From Clostridia bacterium (lineage in GTDB: Bacteria; Bacillota; Clostridia; Saccharofermentanales; UBA5734), in assembly GCA_040772685.1 (NCBI GenBank), contig JAXGXQ010000007.1:18490-82489 (forward strand): 64,000 nt of DNA, given 5' to 3'. The notes under the pieces were generated by a model. That model was not told the DNA's origin and ran no database searches. It saw only the letters and a list, made by a program, of their open reading frames with translations. The stretch's first letter is position 1. Each line of letters starts with the position of its first letter. A program made the position numbers and the translations under genes. Below are positions 19,287 to 29,575 of the stretch, piece by piece.

Positions 19287-20453
19287 TTATAGGTAAGTTA
19301 AGCGAGCCAGCTCGCGGGCTTTTTCAATCGGGATATTGTTACGTAAACAAGTAATAATTATGCGGATGGTCCTGATTTCCATTTCCCGGGCGATCAGATA
19401 GCCAATTATCGCTTCGGGACCGCGCAGAATACGTTTGGCATTCTGGACAAACCGTATCAGAACCTCATCCTGCGCCTGGCTGAAACGGGCAATTGCTTCA
19501 CCGCCTTGAGCGAAGTGTTCAACCGACTCGGCCAAACTGGCCAATCTCGTTGTACTTAGCGCGGCTACAATTTCTTCCACAGGCGCCTCGTAAAGCTCCA
19601 GCAGCCTGGCTGCCGGGATTTTCCCGCCCGGCAGCAACACCCTCGCCAGATAATCTGCTCCGCTGTGCAGGAAACGGGTCCTCAGGAGCATGCCTGCATT
19701 TGCGAGGTCTGAGCGCAGGCTGACAAAATCACGAAAGAAATCATTTTCAACGTTAGTAGCTGCCGCGCTGAACATAATTGCCTGGGTTTGGTCCAGATAA
19801 ATATCAATTTCACTGACATCGTAATTCTGTAAGTAGCGGGCTGAGGCCTCCGCAGCAGCTGCCACTAATTCAGGCGGCAGCTCAGCTGTTTTTTGTGAAC
19901 GCAGGGCAGTAAACATTACTTCCGGCGGTATTGTCGATGGTTGCTGCAGGAGGGGCTGCAATTGTTGCAGCGTAACAGGCGTGTGAATTTCCGGCCAAAG
20001 CGCCGAAACAGACTCATCTCTGGTATCTTTCTGTTCCGTTACTGGCGGCGGTTCACTATAGCCTGACGCAGCGGCGTCGCGACTGTTTTGCTCCGGCTTG
20101 CGCCGCGGCCAATATACAGCTAACGACTTCAGCATTACCTTGAGGTTATGAAGATCGCGCGACAAAAGCAGCGTATCGATCAGTACTTGATCCGGGCTTA
20201 GTTCGCGCATATCCTCATAAGCGGCTTCAAGGCCGAGCTGAAGGCTTTTTTCAGGATCAGAGGCCGCGGGATATCCATCTTCTATCAGCAGTCGGGCAAT
20301 CTCTTCTTCGCTGCGTGCTTCAAAATAACGGCTTAGGCGCGATGCGTTCACAAGTCCGTTTTCCATAGCCCGGATTCTGGCTGTTGAGTAGGCATACCGC
20401 GTGCGGTCGATCTGCACCGGTTTATTTGGTTTTGTTTTTTCTGTTCTTTCCAT
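19287..20453 (-). CDS. ntpC: V-type ATPase subunit C (d-type), with an internal low-complexity insertion of about 55 aa
   Basis: 388 aa: YAYSTARIRAMENGLV...IGYLIAREMEIRTIRIIITC. The insertion is roughly RRKPEQNSRDAAASGYSEPPPVTEQKDTRDES... The size comparison with typical C subunits is from memory. Confidence 0.85.
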   Translation of the reverse strand: MERTEKTKPNKPVQIDRTRYAYSTARIRAMENGLVNASRLSRYFEARSEEEIARLLIEDGYPAASDPEKSLQLGLEAAYEDMRELSPDQVLIDTLLLSRDLHNLKVMLKSLAVYWPRRKPEQNSRDAAASGYSEPPPVTEQKDTRDESVSALWPEIHTPVTLQQLQPLLQQPSTIPPEVMFTALRSQKTAELPPELVAAAAEASARYLQNYDVSEIDIYLDQTQAIMFSAAATNVENDFFRDFVSLRSDLANAGMLLRTRFLHSGADYLARVLLPGGKIPAARLLELYEAPVEEIVAALSTTRLASLAESVEHFAQGGEAIARFSQAQDEVLIRFVQNAKRILRGPEAIIGYLIAREMEIRTIRIIITCLRNNIPIEKARELARLTYL

Positions 20454-20481
20454 GGTGCTCCGTTCTGTCCAGCGGTGCCGC

Positions 20482-21063
20482 TCAGGATTTAAAAAGAATC
20501 CCGGCAGCCAGGCTTACCAGTTCCGGCCTTAGGCCGCGGATAAGCTGATCCGTCGTCAGGTTGGTTTCGATCAGGCCTTTGCGTAAAACGACTCCGGTGG
20601 CAAAATCGCCGGAATCAGCCGCAAGGGCAAGGTTCCAATTCAGATCGCGGTTTAGCTCTGCAATTAGCTTACCAACGAAATCACGCTCCGGTTCAGGAAC
20701 AATAACTTCTTCGTCGCCGTCAGCGTTGTCGCGCAGTAGCCTGACATAAAGCCCGGCCTTTTCAGCTGGTGCCAATTGGCGCAGACTCGTCTCAGCGCGT
20801 GTGATGACCTCGTCAATCAGCTGCTGGCGAACGGCCAGCGTGTGTTTGCGGGTTTCCAGGGCGGCGCTGCTTTGGGAGCGGCGCTCAAGCACCGCAGTCT
20901 CTTCAGCAGCTTTAGCCCGGGCGGCATTCAAAATCTGATCCGCTTCCTGACCAGCTGCGCTGAGTATCTGATCGCGCTGAGACCTGGCTTGATCCTCGAT
21001 CTCGCGAACGCGTTCTTCTGCGTCACTAATGATGCGGTTGAGTATAGCGTCAAGGCCGTTCAC
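20482..21063 (-). CDS. ntpE: V-type ATPase subunit E
   Basis: 193 aa. Long N-terminal charged helix (ILNRIISDAEERVREIEDQARSQRDQIL...) and position between K and C. Confidence 0.85.
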   Translation of the reverse strand: MNGLDAILNRIISDAEERVREIEDQARSQRDQILSAAGQEADQILNAARAKAAEETAVLERRSQSSAALETRKHTLAVRQQLIDEVITRAETSLRQLAPAEKAGLYVRLLRDNADGDEEVIVPEPERDFVGKLIAELNRDLNWNLALAADSGDFATGVVLRKGLIETNLTTDQLIRGLRPELVSLAAGILFKS

Positions 21064-21120
21064 AGTGATGTATCCCCTTTCTGTTCAGGCAAGTAATAAT
21101 TGGCGGGGTAGTACAACTGC

Positions 21121-21621
<501 letters not shown>

Positions 21622-21714
21622 CTATTGATTCGCGTTCACTTTATCTTTCAGGATCAGCCTTCTTAAGGCCGTCCGATAAGCTTTGGATTGACGCAGCAGC
21701 GTCAGGTTTTAAGA

Positions 21715-23730
21715 TCAGGAATCGAGTGCCTTTAATGCGGGCAGCGGTTGTTCACGTTCAATTTCAACGTAACGGGAAGTTAGCTTCTCAGGTTTCCAAA
21801 GAATGCCGCCGCCTTCGTAAAATTTGCCGAAGAATTCAACAAACTGGAGACGGCTGGTATGGATGTAGGCTGAAAGCAACGACAAGGCAAAATTAACTGC
21901 GTGGCCAACAATGCCAACCAGGATAAAGATGACATAGCCTGCAAAGCTGGGTCCGCCCAGGAAACCGATTTTATTGACAACCATGGCAATAACACCGGTG
22001 GCGAGGACAAGCGCTAATACGCGGGAGTAGGAAAGAATATCGCCAAAATAGCCGGTGATTCCGTAGAGGTTATAAAGTCCGGCTCCTACTCTGGCAAAAG
22101 GATTACGGCTGTCACGCGCTGAGAAGAGCACAATTGTAGCTGCACCGGCGATAGCCATATAGCCGGTAAAGGGTTTACCGATGCCGGCAATAGACAGCGC
22201 GAGGCCAATGATGAGTATATACCAGGAAAAAACATCATAAACCGCGGTTTGCCAGTCGCCGTCTCGCCAGGCCATGTAGGCTTTGATAGCCATGCCGCTG
22301 AAAAGATGCAGGACGCCGAAAATGGCGCTGAGCAGCATCATCTCGGTCGGCTGGGTAAGAGGGTCGAGGATAACAGGCGGAATCACAACCCGGCCGCTGG
22401 TCACTGTCGCAATCATGTCACCAAAATAGCCGCCGAACATCACTCCCCAGAACATGGAGGAGATGCCGCACTGCAGGAACATAACAGCGGTTTGACGTGC
22501 GCGGCCAGTCAGCTTGAGCTTATAGATGCCGAACAGGCAGCCTAGTGTAAGCATCAGGCCATAGCCCACATCACTCAACATCAGGCCGAAAAAGATAAAG
22601 TAGAACGGTGCCAGCACCGGAGTGGGGTCAACTTCCTGCGGCAGCGGCGGATTGAACATCTCCACAACTGTTTCGTAAGGTCGGACCAGTTTATTGTTTT
22701 GCAGTAGAATTGGAAAATTATCGTCGTCAGCGGCTGGACGGCTGCCGTAAGCAACTGTGAATTGTCTGGTCAAGCCTTCCTTGATCGGTGTTGTCAGGTT
22801 TTGCGGAGTCCAGCCTTTCAAGATAAACGTTTGTTCAGTATCAGCCAGACGGCAGAGGACATTATGTTTTTCCACCAGCATTTGCAGATGATCATGCAAT
22901 ATTTCAAACGCAACCAGATTACCGGCGATTTCATCCATTTCCCCGTGCTTGCGTTCCTGTTCCTGAAGCAAAGCGGCCTGCTCTGCCTGCAGACGCTGTA
23001 GCAGCACGCGCGGTGTAGCTGTTTCGGTCTGTACTGGCAGGAAAGAAAAGTTCAGCCGGCGCAAATTCGATTGCACCAGCGATTCACGTAACTTAAGTGT
23101 GATCACATGCAGCTGAATACCTGTCTTGGTTTCGGTTAAAACGTTAACGATCGTTTCAGGAGCTTCATCTGCGAGCGCCTCTTCTAAAGCAGTAAGCTCT
23201 GCTCTGTTATGGAAACTGCCAAGAAAAGAGCGGGTATGTTCGGTATTAAGCGCTGAGAGATCGAGCGACAGGGATTCCCAGGGCAAAAGCATGGTTTCTG
23301 TATTGTGGAGCCTCAACAGCTGGCCTTCAATTTCGCCAATCCGGGTGCTGGCTGCCTCGAAAGCTGCCAGACGCGCCAGAATGTCGCTTTGTTTACTAAC
23401 CACCTGATTGAAATCAGAAATATTGACACTGCGTTTAGATGCAAACAGAGATTTCTTAACCGGACGCAAGCGGTTGCTCTCGGCTATAACCCGTTCCAGA
23501 CGTGACATCAAAGGCAGGACTTCGTTCACGGTCAGCTGGCGATTGCCAACGGCAATTGTTTCAGCAGTAGCTGCTGCAGCCACGTCGCAAACGCTGGCTG
23601 CATCTTGACCGGGTAATGCGGCTACTTCATCAACATGCAGCGCGCCCAGTTTCATCAAAGCTTCGACAACTGCTGCTTTGTCCTGCTGCATACCAACTAC
23701 AGTAATGCGGTCCATCTTGACAATCGGCAC
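21715..23730 (-). CDS. ntpI: V-type ATPase subunit I (a-type stator/proton-channel subunit)
   Basis: 671 aa. N-terminal soluble coiled domain (MPIVKMDRITVVGMQQDK...), C-terminal multi-TM domain ending ...LSLLSAYIHTSRLQFVEFFGKFYEGGG (conserved Arg-containing helix). Confidence 0.93.
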   Translation of the reverse strand: MPIVKMDRITVVGMQQDKAAVVEALMKLGALHVDEVAALPGQDAASVCDVAAAATAETIAVGNRQLTVNEVLPLMSRLERVIAESNRLRPVKKSLFASKRSVNISDFNQVVSKQSDILARLAAFEAASTRIGEIEGQLLRLHNTETMLLPWESLSLDLSALNTEHTRSFLGSFHNRAELTALEEALADEAPETIVNVLTETKTGIQLHVITLKLRESLVQSNLRRLNFSFLPVQTETATPRVLLQRLQAEQAALLQEQERKHGEMDEIAGNLVAFEILHDHLQMLVEKHNVLCRLADTEQTFILKGWTPQNLTTPIKEGLTRQFTVAYGSRPAADDDNFPILLQNNKLVRPYETVVEMFNPPLPQEVDPTPVLAPFYFIFFGLMLSDVGYGLMLTLGCLFGIYKLKLTGRARQTAVMFLQCGISSMFWGVMFGGYFGDMIATVTSGRVVIPPVILDPLTQPTEMMLLSAIFGVLHLFSGMAIKAYMAWRDGDWQTAVYDVFSWYILIIGLALSIAGIGKPFTGYMAIAGAATIVLFSARDSRNPFARVGAGLYNLYGITGYFGDILSYSRVLALVLATGVIAMVVNKIGFLGGPSFAGYVIFILVGIVGHAVNFALSLLSAYIHTSRLQFVEFFGKFYEGGGILWKPEKLTSRYVEIEREQPLPALKALDS

Positions 23731-23731
23731 G

Positions 23732-24046
23732 TTACTTCACGATCCTTTCAGCAACAGCCCGGACCGCTTCCGGAAAAGACTGCTGTGCTTCTATGCGGAG
23801 CTGTTCTGATTGGACTGCGGCAGCAACAGCTTGTTCGTCAGTATGGATTTCTGCTTGCTCAGTTGCGTTGCGCAGGGATTCGCTCACTAATTCGTCAGCT
23901 TTTTCGCGGGCTTCAGCCAGCAGCCGACCTGCTTCAATTCGAGCAGCCTCCAGCATTTCACGGGCTTGCGCCTGTGCTTCAGAAATCATTGCTGCTGCTT
24001 TTGCTTCTGTTTCGCGGATAAGGCTAAGGTAATCCTGATCGGACAT
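23732..24046 (-). CDS. ntpF: V-type ATPase peripheral-stalk subunit (G/H-like; NtpF position)
   Basis: 104 aa, entirely Ala/Glu/Arg-rich helix (LIRETEAKAAAMISEAQAQAREMLEAARIEAGRLLAEAREKADE). First gene of the operon, as ntpF is in ntpFIKECGABD. Confidence 0.7.
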   Translation of the reverse strand: MSDQDYLSLIRETEAKAAAMISEAQAQAREMLEAARIEAGRLLAEAREKADELVSESLRNATEQAEIHTDEQAVAAAVQSEQLRIEAQQSFPEAVRAVAERIVK

Positions 24047-24268
24047 AGTTATCTTAATCCTCCGATAATATCATCAAGAAGTCCGGCATCTTCATAAGCT
24101 GTCCGAAAAAAAATGGACAGATGGGCAATCATTTTTCCGCTAACCGGCATATGGAAGACATTCTACACAAAAACCGGCAATTTAGCCACCAGTTTAAGGC
24201 AAAAAACTGCATTTATATTTTTTATATTTTTTCTGCTGTTATTACTGTGAATAAACGCAGGTAATGCT

Positions 24269-25948
24269 CTAGTCTTGCAGACCGCTGAAAAGTCTTGCGG
24301 CATTGCGGCGCAAATATAAAATTAACGCAGCACTTATTAACAGCGGCATAGCTACCAGTATAAACAGCGAAATTTCGTAACCCGGGTTTAAAAAGTACAC
24401 CAGAACACCAAGTAAAATCGCTACCAGCAATGAACTTAGCATGCAGTACAGTACATTTACGTTCCGCTTAACAGCTGTTTGTTCATTGTCCCAATGCAGC
24501 TTCGGCCAGAGCAGGTCAAAGAAAAAGCCTAACAGGTTGGGCAGCAGTACGGCGCCAGGCATAATCAGGGCTACAGCTAGCAGATACCACAAGGGCAGCT
24601 TAAACAAAAATGCTCCCATTAAAAACAGCATGAGCCAACCAATAAAGCTGAACAGTATGCCAACTGATATTTTGGCAGCGGCCTGCCTGGCATAGCTGAT
24701 TGGCAGGATCTTCATAATATAGAACTGGCGGCCTTCTCGGGACAGGGCACTGGCTGAGATCCCGTTCGTGGCGCTGAGAAAAACAGTAAAGGCAAAAACC
24801 ACAACCAGTGACAGTACAATGAGTTCGTCCCCCGCTTGCAGCAATGAGTTTACGATATTTGCCAGTGTATCAAGTGAAAAGTCTTCTCCACCGGTTACAA
24901 AGGGTACGATAATAAAGAGCGGCCAGAGAAAATTCAACAATACGCAATTGATGAAGAAAATCGGTGTGCGCAAAAGCACCCGGATATCCTTAACAAATAC
25001 CGCCAGCATTGGAGAACCGCTGCGGCCTGTGCCTTCAAGCTCAGCTTTAGTCAGACGACGGCGGACAGCGGTGGAACTGGTCAGGCCAATAACGCCTTTG
25101 AAATAAAGCAGCCGGCCGGCCGCAAGTAGAAGCACAACAGCAACTGCCGCTGCCAGGAAAAGTAAAGCCAGATTGGCCAGGCCAGCTGAAGTGCCCGAGT
25201 CAGCCAGAGCGCGGGTAGCAAATATTGTCCCGGGGAAAGCCGTTGTTGTGATTTGGGCGATCCGCTCACTCCCCTGGGTTATTAATTGACCGATATCGGT
25301 CGTTGTGGACGCGGTCAAAGACTGCATCCCGAATGAAAAGCCCAATCCCAGTGCCAGAGCCAGGATCGAAGCGACCATATTGAAACGGTCGCGGTTTCGC
25401 CCGAAGCGGGTAAAGCGCATCAGCAGCATGATGATAATGGCGGCAACGGCAAGTGGAATAACAGGCAACAACAAGAAGACGAGAACCATCGTCAGGTAAT
25501 AAATAAAGTCGGCACCGCTGCGGTAACCGTAGACGGCCAATGCGGGCAGAACAATTACGCCAACAAAAACATACTCGTAAATCAGAGTGACCAGGAATTT
25601 CGCGCCGATTATCTGCTCAGGCAGCATCGGCAGGGGCAGTAGACGTTCAATATCATTGGCAAAGTAAAAAATGCTGATCACATACATCATGCCAAATACA
25701 AAGACCGCCAAAACACCGGCGGAGACAAAAAGCCCTACCATGGCAGCTTCAAGGCCTACAGCACTGAGCATCCCGTACAAACCCCAGGCGGATGCGCCGA
25801 TCGCAGCAATAAAATATATGGCCAGGAAGCTGAAAAGCAAGACATTGCCGATGCCCGAAAAACGCCGTTTGCGGCGGGCATCGGAACCAAGGCCGGCGTA
25901 GCCGTTACCAAACAACAGAACGCGGGTGAGACGGAGTAAATTGGCCAT
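24269..25948 (-). CDS. ABC exporter permease, large polytopic (about 12 predicted TM), ABC-2-like
   Basis: 559 aa of successive hydrophobic segments. Immediately downstream (3-nt gap) of the ABC ATPase gene. No recognisable substrate signature. Confidence 0.7.
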   Translation of the reverse strand: MANLLRLTRVLLFGNGYAGLGSDARRKRRFSGIGNVLLFSFLAIYFIAAIGASAWGLYGMLSAVGLEAAMVGLFVSAGVLAVFVFGMMYVISIFYFANDIERLLPLPMLPEQIIGAKFLVTLIYEYVFVGVIVLPALAVYGYRSGADFIYYLTMVLVFLLLPVIPLAVAAIIIMLLMRFTRFGRNRDRFNMVASILALALGLGFSFGMQSLTASTTTDIGQLITQGSERIAQITTTAFPGTIFATRALADSGTSAGLANLALLFLAAAVAVVLLLAAGRLLYFKGVIGLTSSTAVRRRLTKAELEGTGRSGSPMLAVFVKDIRVLLRTPIFFINCVLLNFLWPLFIIVPFVTGGEDFSLDTLANIVNSLLQAGDELIVLSLVVVFAFTVFLSATNGISASALSREGRQFYIMKILPISYARQAAAKISVGILFSFIGWLMLFLMGAFLFKLPLWYLLAVALIMPGAVLLPNLLGFFFDLLWPKLHWDNEQTAVKRNVNVLYCMLSSLLVAILLGVLVYFLNPGYEISLFILVAMPLLISAALILYLRRNAARLFSGLQD

Positions 25949-25951
25949 GGG

Positions 25952-26689
25952 TTATGCCTCCTTATTCTCCGACTCTACCAGTCGCAGGAACATTGCCTCA
26001 AGCGAAGCATCAGACTGGAATTTCGCCCGCATATCGGTAATTGTGCCAATAAACAGAATCCGGCCACGGTCGATGATAGCTACTCGGTCACAGATTTTTT
26101 CAGCGACTTCCAGCACGTGAGTTGAAAAGAAAACACTTTTACCGCTGTCAGAATGCTCGCGCATCATCTCTTTAAGCTGAAAAGAAGACTTGGGGTCCAG
26201 ACCCGTCATCGGTTCGTCCAGAATCCAGGTATCGGGATTATGCAGTAGGGCGCCCATGATCACCAGCTTTTGCCGCATACCATGCGAATAGCTTTGGATC
26301 CGGTCGGCGAGGGCTTCGGTAAGTTCAAAACGTTTTGCCAGAGTGGTTATCCGCTCCGTGCGCTCACTTGAGGGTACCTGATAAATATCGCCCATGAAAC
26401 GCAAATACTCGATTGCTTTTAGCCGCGGAAAAATATTCGGGTCGTCCGGCACAAAGCCGAACGCACGCTTGGCGGCAATGCCGTCCTTGACAATGTCGTG
26501 CCCGCTGATTTCAATGCTGCCTTCGTCAGGGGTGAGAATGCCAGTCATCATTTTAATAGCGGTTGTTTTGCCTGCACCGTTAGGCCCTAGAAATCCAAAG
26601 ATTTCACCGTCCTGGATATCGAGACTGATTTTATCCACTGCCTTGACTTTACCGTTATAGGTTTTACTTACACTTCGAATCGTAATCAT
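25952..26689 (-). CDS. ABC transporter ATP-binding protein (ABC-2/DrrA-like)
   Basis: 245 aa: Walker A GPNGAGKTT, Q-loop, signature YSHGMRQKL, Walker B WILDEPMTGLD, H-loop STHVLE. Confidence 0.93.
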   Translation of the reverse strand: MITIRSVSKTYNGKVKAVDKISLDIQDGEIFGFLGPNGAGKTTAIKMMTGILTPDEGSIEISGHDIVKDGIAAKRAFGFVPDDPNIFPRLKAIEYLRFMGDIYQVPSSERTERITTLAKRFELTEALADRIQSYSHGMRQKLVIMGALLHNPDTWILDEPMTGLDPKSSFQLKEMMREHSDSGKSVFFSTHVLEVAEKICDRVAIIDRGRILFIGTITDMRAKFQSDASLEAMFLRLVESENKEA

Positions 26690-26737
26690 TACCGGCCTCC
26701 TGCCACAAAACTAAACTTAATAATTGCAATCCTGCCT

Positions 26738-26766
26738 GTTCAAGTCAACGCGTTGACCGGTTCAAG
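26738..26766 (-). promoter_or_regulatory. Operator-like element upstream of the ABC exporter: 14-bp perfect palindrome flanked by 7-nt direct repeats, overlapping a -35-like hexamer
   Basis: Plus strand reads GTTCAAG-TCAACGCGTTGA-CCG-GTTCAAG. GTCAACGCGTTGAC (26744-26757) is a perfect palindrome. On the minus strand TTGACT (26748-26743) sits 17 nt upstream of AATTAT. Confidence 0.45.
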
Positions 26767-26804
26767 CCAACCTGTTTCTTTAACAAATCAAATCGCTGAC
26801 CAGC

Positions 26805-28442
26805 TCAAATCAACGTGCCAGTCAGAGCTGTTGAATCCAGTTCCCGATACCAGCCGATAAGCTGCAGGCTGGGCATTTCGTGTTCCAGCTGGTAGAGCAC
26901 CAGCATGGCTTCGGTATCAGCGCGCGGGCTTTCGAAATCAAGATAGAAGCGATAATTCCAGGCTTTGAGCGGGTCAGGCCGCGACTGGATTTTCAACAGA
27001 TTGATGCCGCGGTCACTGAACATGGAAAGAGTTGATGCCAGGGCACCGCTTTGGTGCGGAGTGCTCAGGACCAGGCTGACACGGTCGGCGTCAGGCGTAA
27101 TGACGAGTTCCCGGCTGATAACTACAAAGCGGGTCTGATTGCTACCGCTGTCACAGATATCATCGGCCAGGACCTCAAGACCGTGCAGTTCTGCTGCAGC
27201 GGCCGAAGCGATCACAGCAAGTCCGGATTCAGTTGCTGCTGCAGCTTCAGCAGCGGCGACAGCAGTGTTGGCAGCTTCTTCAGTCTCCCAGCCATGTGCG
27301 CGAATAAAGCTCTGGCATTGAGCCAGGGCTTGTGGATGCGAACGTACCCGCCGGATTTCTGCCAGAGTTGTGCCAGGCTTAGCTGCCAACCGATGCTGGA
27401 TCGGTAATAAAATTGACTGGATTATGTAAAGCTGTTGTGAAAGCAAAAGGTCATAAACAGCGTCGACGGTGCCGGCGGTTGAGTTTTCCAGAGGAAGCAC
27501 CGCCAGGTCGGAACGGCCGTCCAGCACTCGGGCGCAAGCTTCAGCAAAAGTTGGCGCCGGCACCAGGTCCGCATCAGGAAACAGCAGAGCTCCGGCTTCC
27601 ATGGAATATGCGCCGCTGGCCCCCTGACAGGCAATGCTGGCGGCATGCGCCGGTTTGGCAGCTGCCTTATGCAGACGTTCTCCAAGCGCCCACTCATGAT
27701 CGTGCGGCAATAAATCCTCGTATTGGGCTTCCCGCGAGAGCCGCATCAAAGTCCGGGCCAGGCTTTCAGCCCGCCGGCTGTCTGCTTGCGGAAAACGGCT
27801 GCTCACTTGCGCTGCCACAACTGCTTCTCTTTCAAGATCAACCACAGGCAAACCACTGCGTTTTTTGTAGTCAGCCACATGGCGGACAATTTCCAGCCGC
27901 TCGCGAAATCTGTCAAATAATGATTCATCCAGGTCATTAAGCTGTGCGCGCAATTCTGCCAGATCCGATGTTTTTTCCGGCAGTTCGCGGCCTGCCAGTA
28001 AATCACAAAGCTGTTCCAGTGCAACCAGGTAACTGTTGAAGCCCAGACCGCTGATTTGAGCTGCGCAGACAGGTTCTATCACAGAAATCCGCCGGAACGG
28101 TTCACGTTTATGAATATCCGAAATATGGATTTCCATCACAGGCACACCGCAGTCTGCGATAGCGTCACGCAAAGCATAGCTGTAGTGTGTGAGGGCGCCG
28201 GCATTGAGTAAAACGCCTGAGCAGCTTGCGTGCGCCTGCTGAATCAGTTCGATTAGTGTGCCCTCATGGTTGCTTTGTTCAGCAGTTAATTCGTACCCGC
28301 GTTTCCCAGCCGCTTCACGCACCGCAGTTTCCACGTCAACAAGTGTGAAATTGCCGTACTGGGTTGGGTCACGTCGGCCGAGCATATTCAGGTTAGGCCC
28401 GTTAAGCAGCAGTAAACGCTTGTGTTGGCTGGCTATATTCAT
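26805..28442 (-). CDS. pheA: Trifunctional fusion: type II 3-dehydroquinate dehydratase, AroQ-class chorismate mutase, prephenate dehydratase with ACT domain
   Basis: 545 aa. Residues 10 to ~145, LLLLNGPNLNMLGRRDPTQYG...QSNHEGTLIE...HISDIHKREPFRR, are DHQase II. Residues ~160-245, LAELRAQLNDLDESLFDRFRERLEIVRHVADYKK, are CM. Residues ~265-450, ACQGASGAYSMEAG...LPLENSTAGTV...TRFVVI, are PDT. C-terminal ACT domain (SLVLSTPHQSGALASTLSMFSDRGINLLKIQSRP). Confidence 0.9.
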   Translation of the reverse strand: MNIASQHKRLLLLNGPNLNMLGRRDPTQYGNFTLVDVETAVREAAGKRGYELTAEQSNHEGTLIELIQQAHASCSGVLLNAGALTHYSYALRDAIADCGVPVMEIHISDIHKREPFRRISVIEPVCAAQISGLGFNSYLVALEQLCDLLAGRELPEKTSDLAELRAQLNDLDESLFDRFRERLEIVRHVADYKKRSGLPVVDLEREAVVAAQVSSRFPQADSRRAESLARTLMRLSREAQYEDLLPHDHEWALGERLHKAAAKPAHAASIACQGASGAYSMEAGALLFPDADLVPAPTFAEACARVLDGRSDLAVLPLENSTAGTVDAVYDLLLSQQLYIIQSILLPIQHRLAAKPGTTLAEIRRVRSHPQALAQCQSFIRAHGWETEEAANTAVAAAEAAAATESGLAVIASAAAAELHGLEVLADDICDSGSNQTRFVVISRELVITPDADRVSLVLSTPHQSGALASTLSMFSDRGINLLKIQSRPDPLKAWNYRFYLDFESPRADTEAMLVLYQLEHEMPSLQLIGWYRELDSTALTGTLI

Positions 28443-28483
28443 GGATGTGCTCCTTTAAATCTGGTTTGTTAACAGATCTGATT

Positions 28484-29575
28484 TTAGTAAACCGAGCGGT
28501 CACCAATCAGCAAGTCAAGTGAAGCTATAGCCGCAGCAGCTTCCACAACCGGAACAGCCCGGACAACAATTGACGGGTCATGGCGGCCGTGGATCACCAG
28601 ACGTTCGTTCTGGCAGGTGCGCAGGTTTACTGTATCCTGTTCCCGGCCAATTGAAGCGGTGGGTTTGAAGGCAACACGGCAAAGCAACGGCATTCCAGAG
28701 GTGATTCCGCCGTCGGCGCCGCCGCTGTTGTTGGTGCGTGTCCGAATCTGGCCATCAATAAACTGAGGACTGTCATTGTTTTCTGAGCCATACGAACGGG
28801 CGGCTGCAAAGCCACTGCCGAATTCAACTCCCTTTACTGCGGGAATCGCAAACAGCAGGCTGGCAAAACGGGGTTCGACGCCGCCAAACATTGGATCGCC
28901 TAAGCCGGCAGGCAAACCGCGGACAATGCATTCGACAATGCCTCCTACTGAATCCAGCTTTCCCTTAGCTGCCATGATCGCTGCCACCATAGAAGTTTCC
29001 AGCTCAGGATTTAAAACAGGGAAATCACGTGTCTGCAGTTGATCAATTTGAGCTGTTGATGATGTAACTGCGTCGAAAGGCAAATCACGGATACCGGCTA
29101 CCTCATATAGGTGAGCGGCTATACGGATCCCACGTTCTGCCAGAATCTGGCTGGCAACAGCCCCCGCAAAGGTAAGCGGCGCAGTCAGACGACCAGAAAA
29201 ATGGCCGCCGCCACGCGGATCCTGAGCACCGCCATACCGAATGGCACCGGTCAGGTCAGCATGCCCGGGGCGAGGTTTTTCCAACAGCTCAGCGTAATCA
29301 GCACTGCGGGTATCTGTATTGCGAATGACCGCGGCCAAAGGTGTGCCCGTGGTGCGGCCCTGGTAAAAGCCGGAGAGAATTTCCGGCTCATCGGCTTCAC
29401 GCCGTGCAGTTGTATGGCTGGCACGCCCGGGTGCGCGCCGCGCCATAAAAGCAGCAATACGAGCTTCGTCCAACGCAATGCCGGCCGGCAGCCCGTCAAG
29501 AACCACACCTATGCCGCGTCCGTGCGATTCGCCAAACAAACTGATTTTAAGGTTTTCACCCCAAATCGAGCCCAT
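28484..29575 (-). CDS. aroC: Chorismate synthase
   Basis: 363 aa: SLFGESHGRGIGVVLDGLPAG...GRSSARETA-like region (GRLTAPLTFAGAV)...GGISNG-like GGITSG. Overlaps the aroA stop by 20 nt. Confidence 0.93.
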   Translation of the reverse strand: MGSIWGENLKISLFGESHGRGIGVVLDGLPAGIALDEARIAAFMARRAPGRASHTTARREADEPEILSGFYQGRTTGTPLAAVIRNTDTRSADYAELLEKPRPGHADLTGAIRYGGAQDPRGGGHFSGRLTAPLTFAGAVASQILAERGIRIAAHLYEVAGIRDLPFDAVTSSTAQIDQLQTRDFPVLNPELETSMVAAIMAAKGKLDSVGGIVECIVRGLPAGLGDPMFGGVEPRFASLLFAIPAVKGVEFGSGFAAARSYGSENNDSPQFIDGQIRTRTNNSGGADGGITSGMPLLCRVAFKPTASIGREQDTVNLRTCQNERLVIHGRHDPSIVVRAVPVVEAAAAIASLDLLIGDRSVY

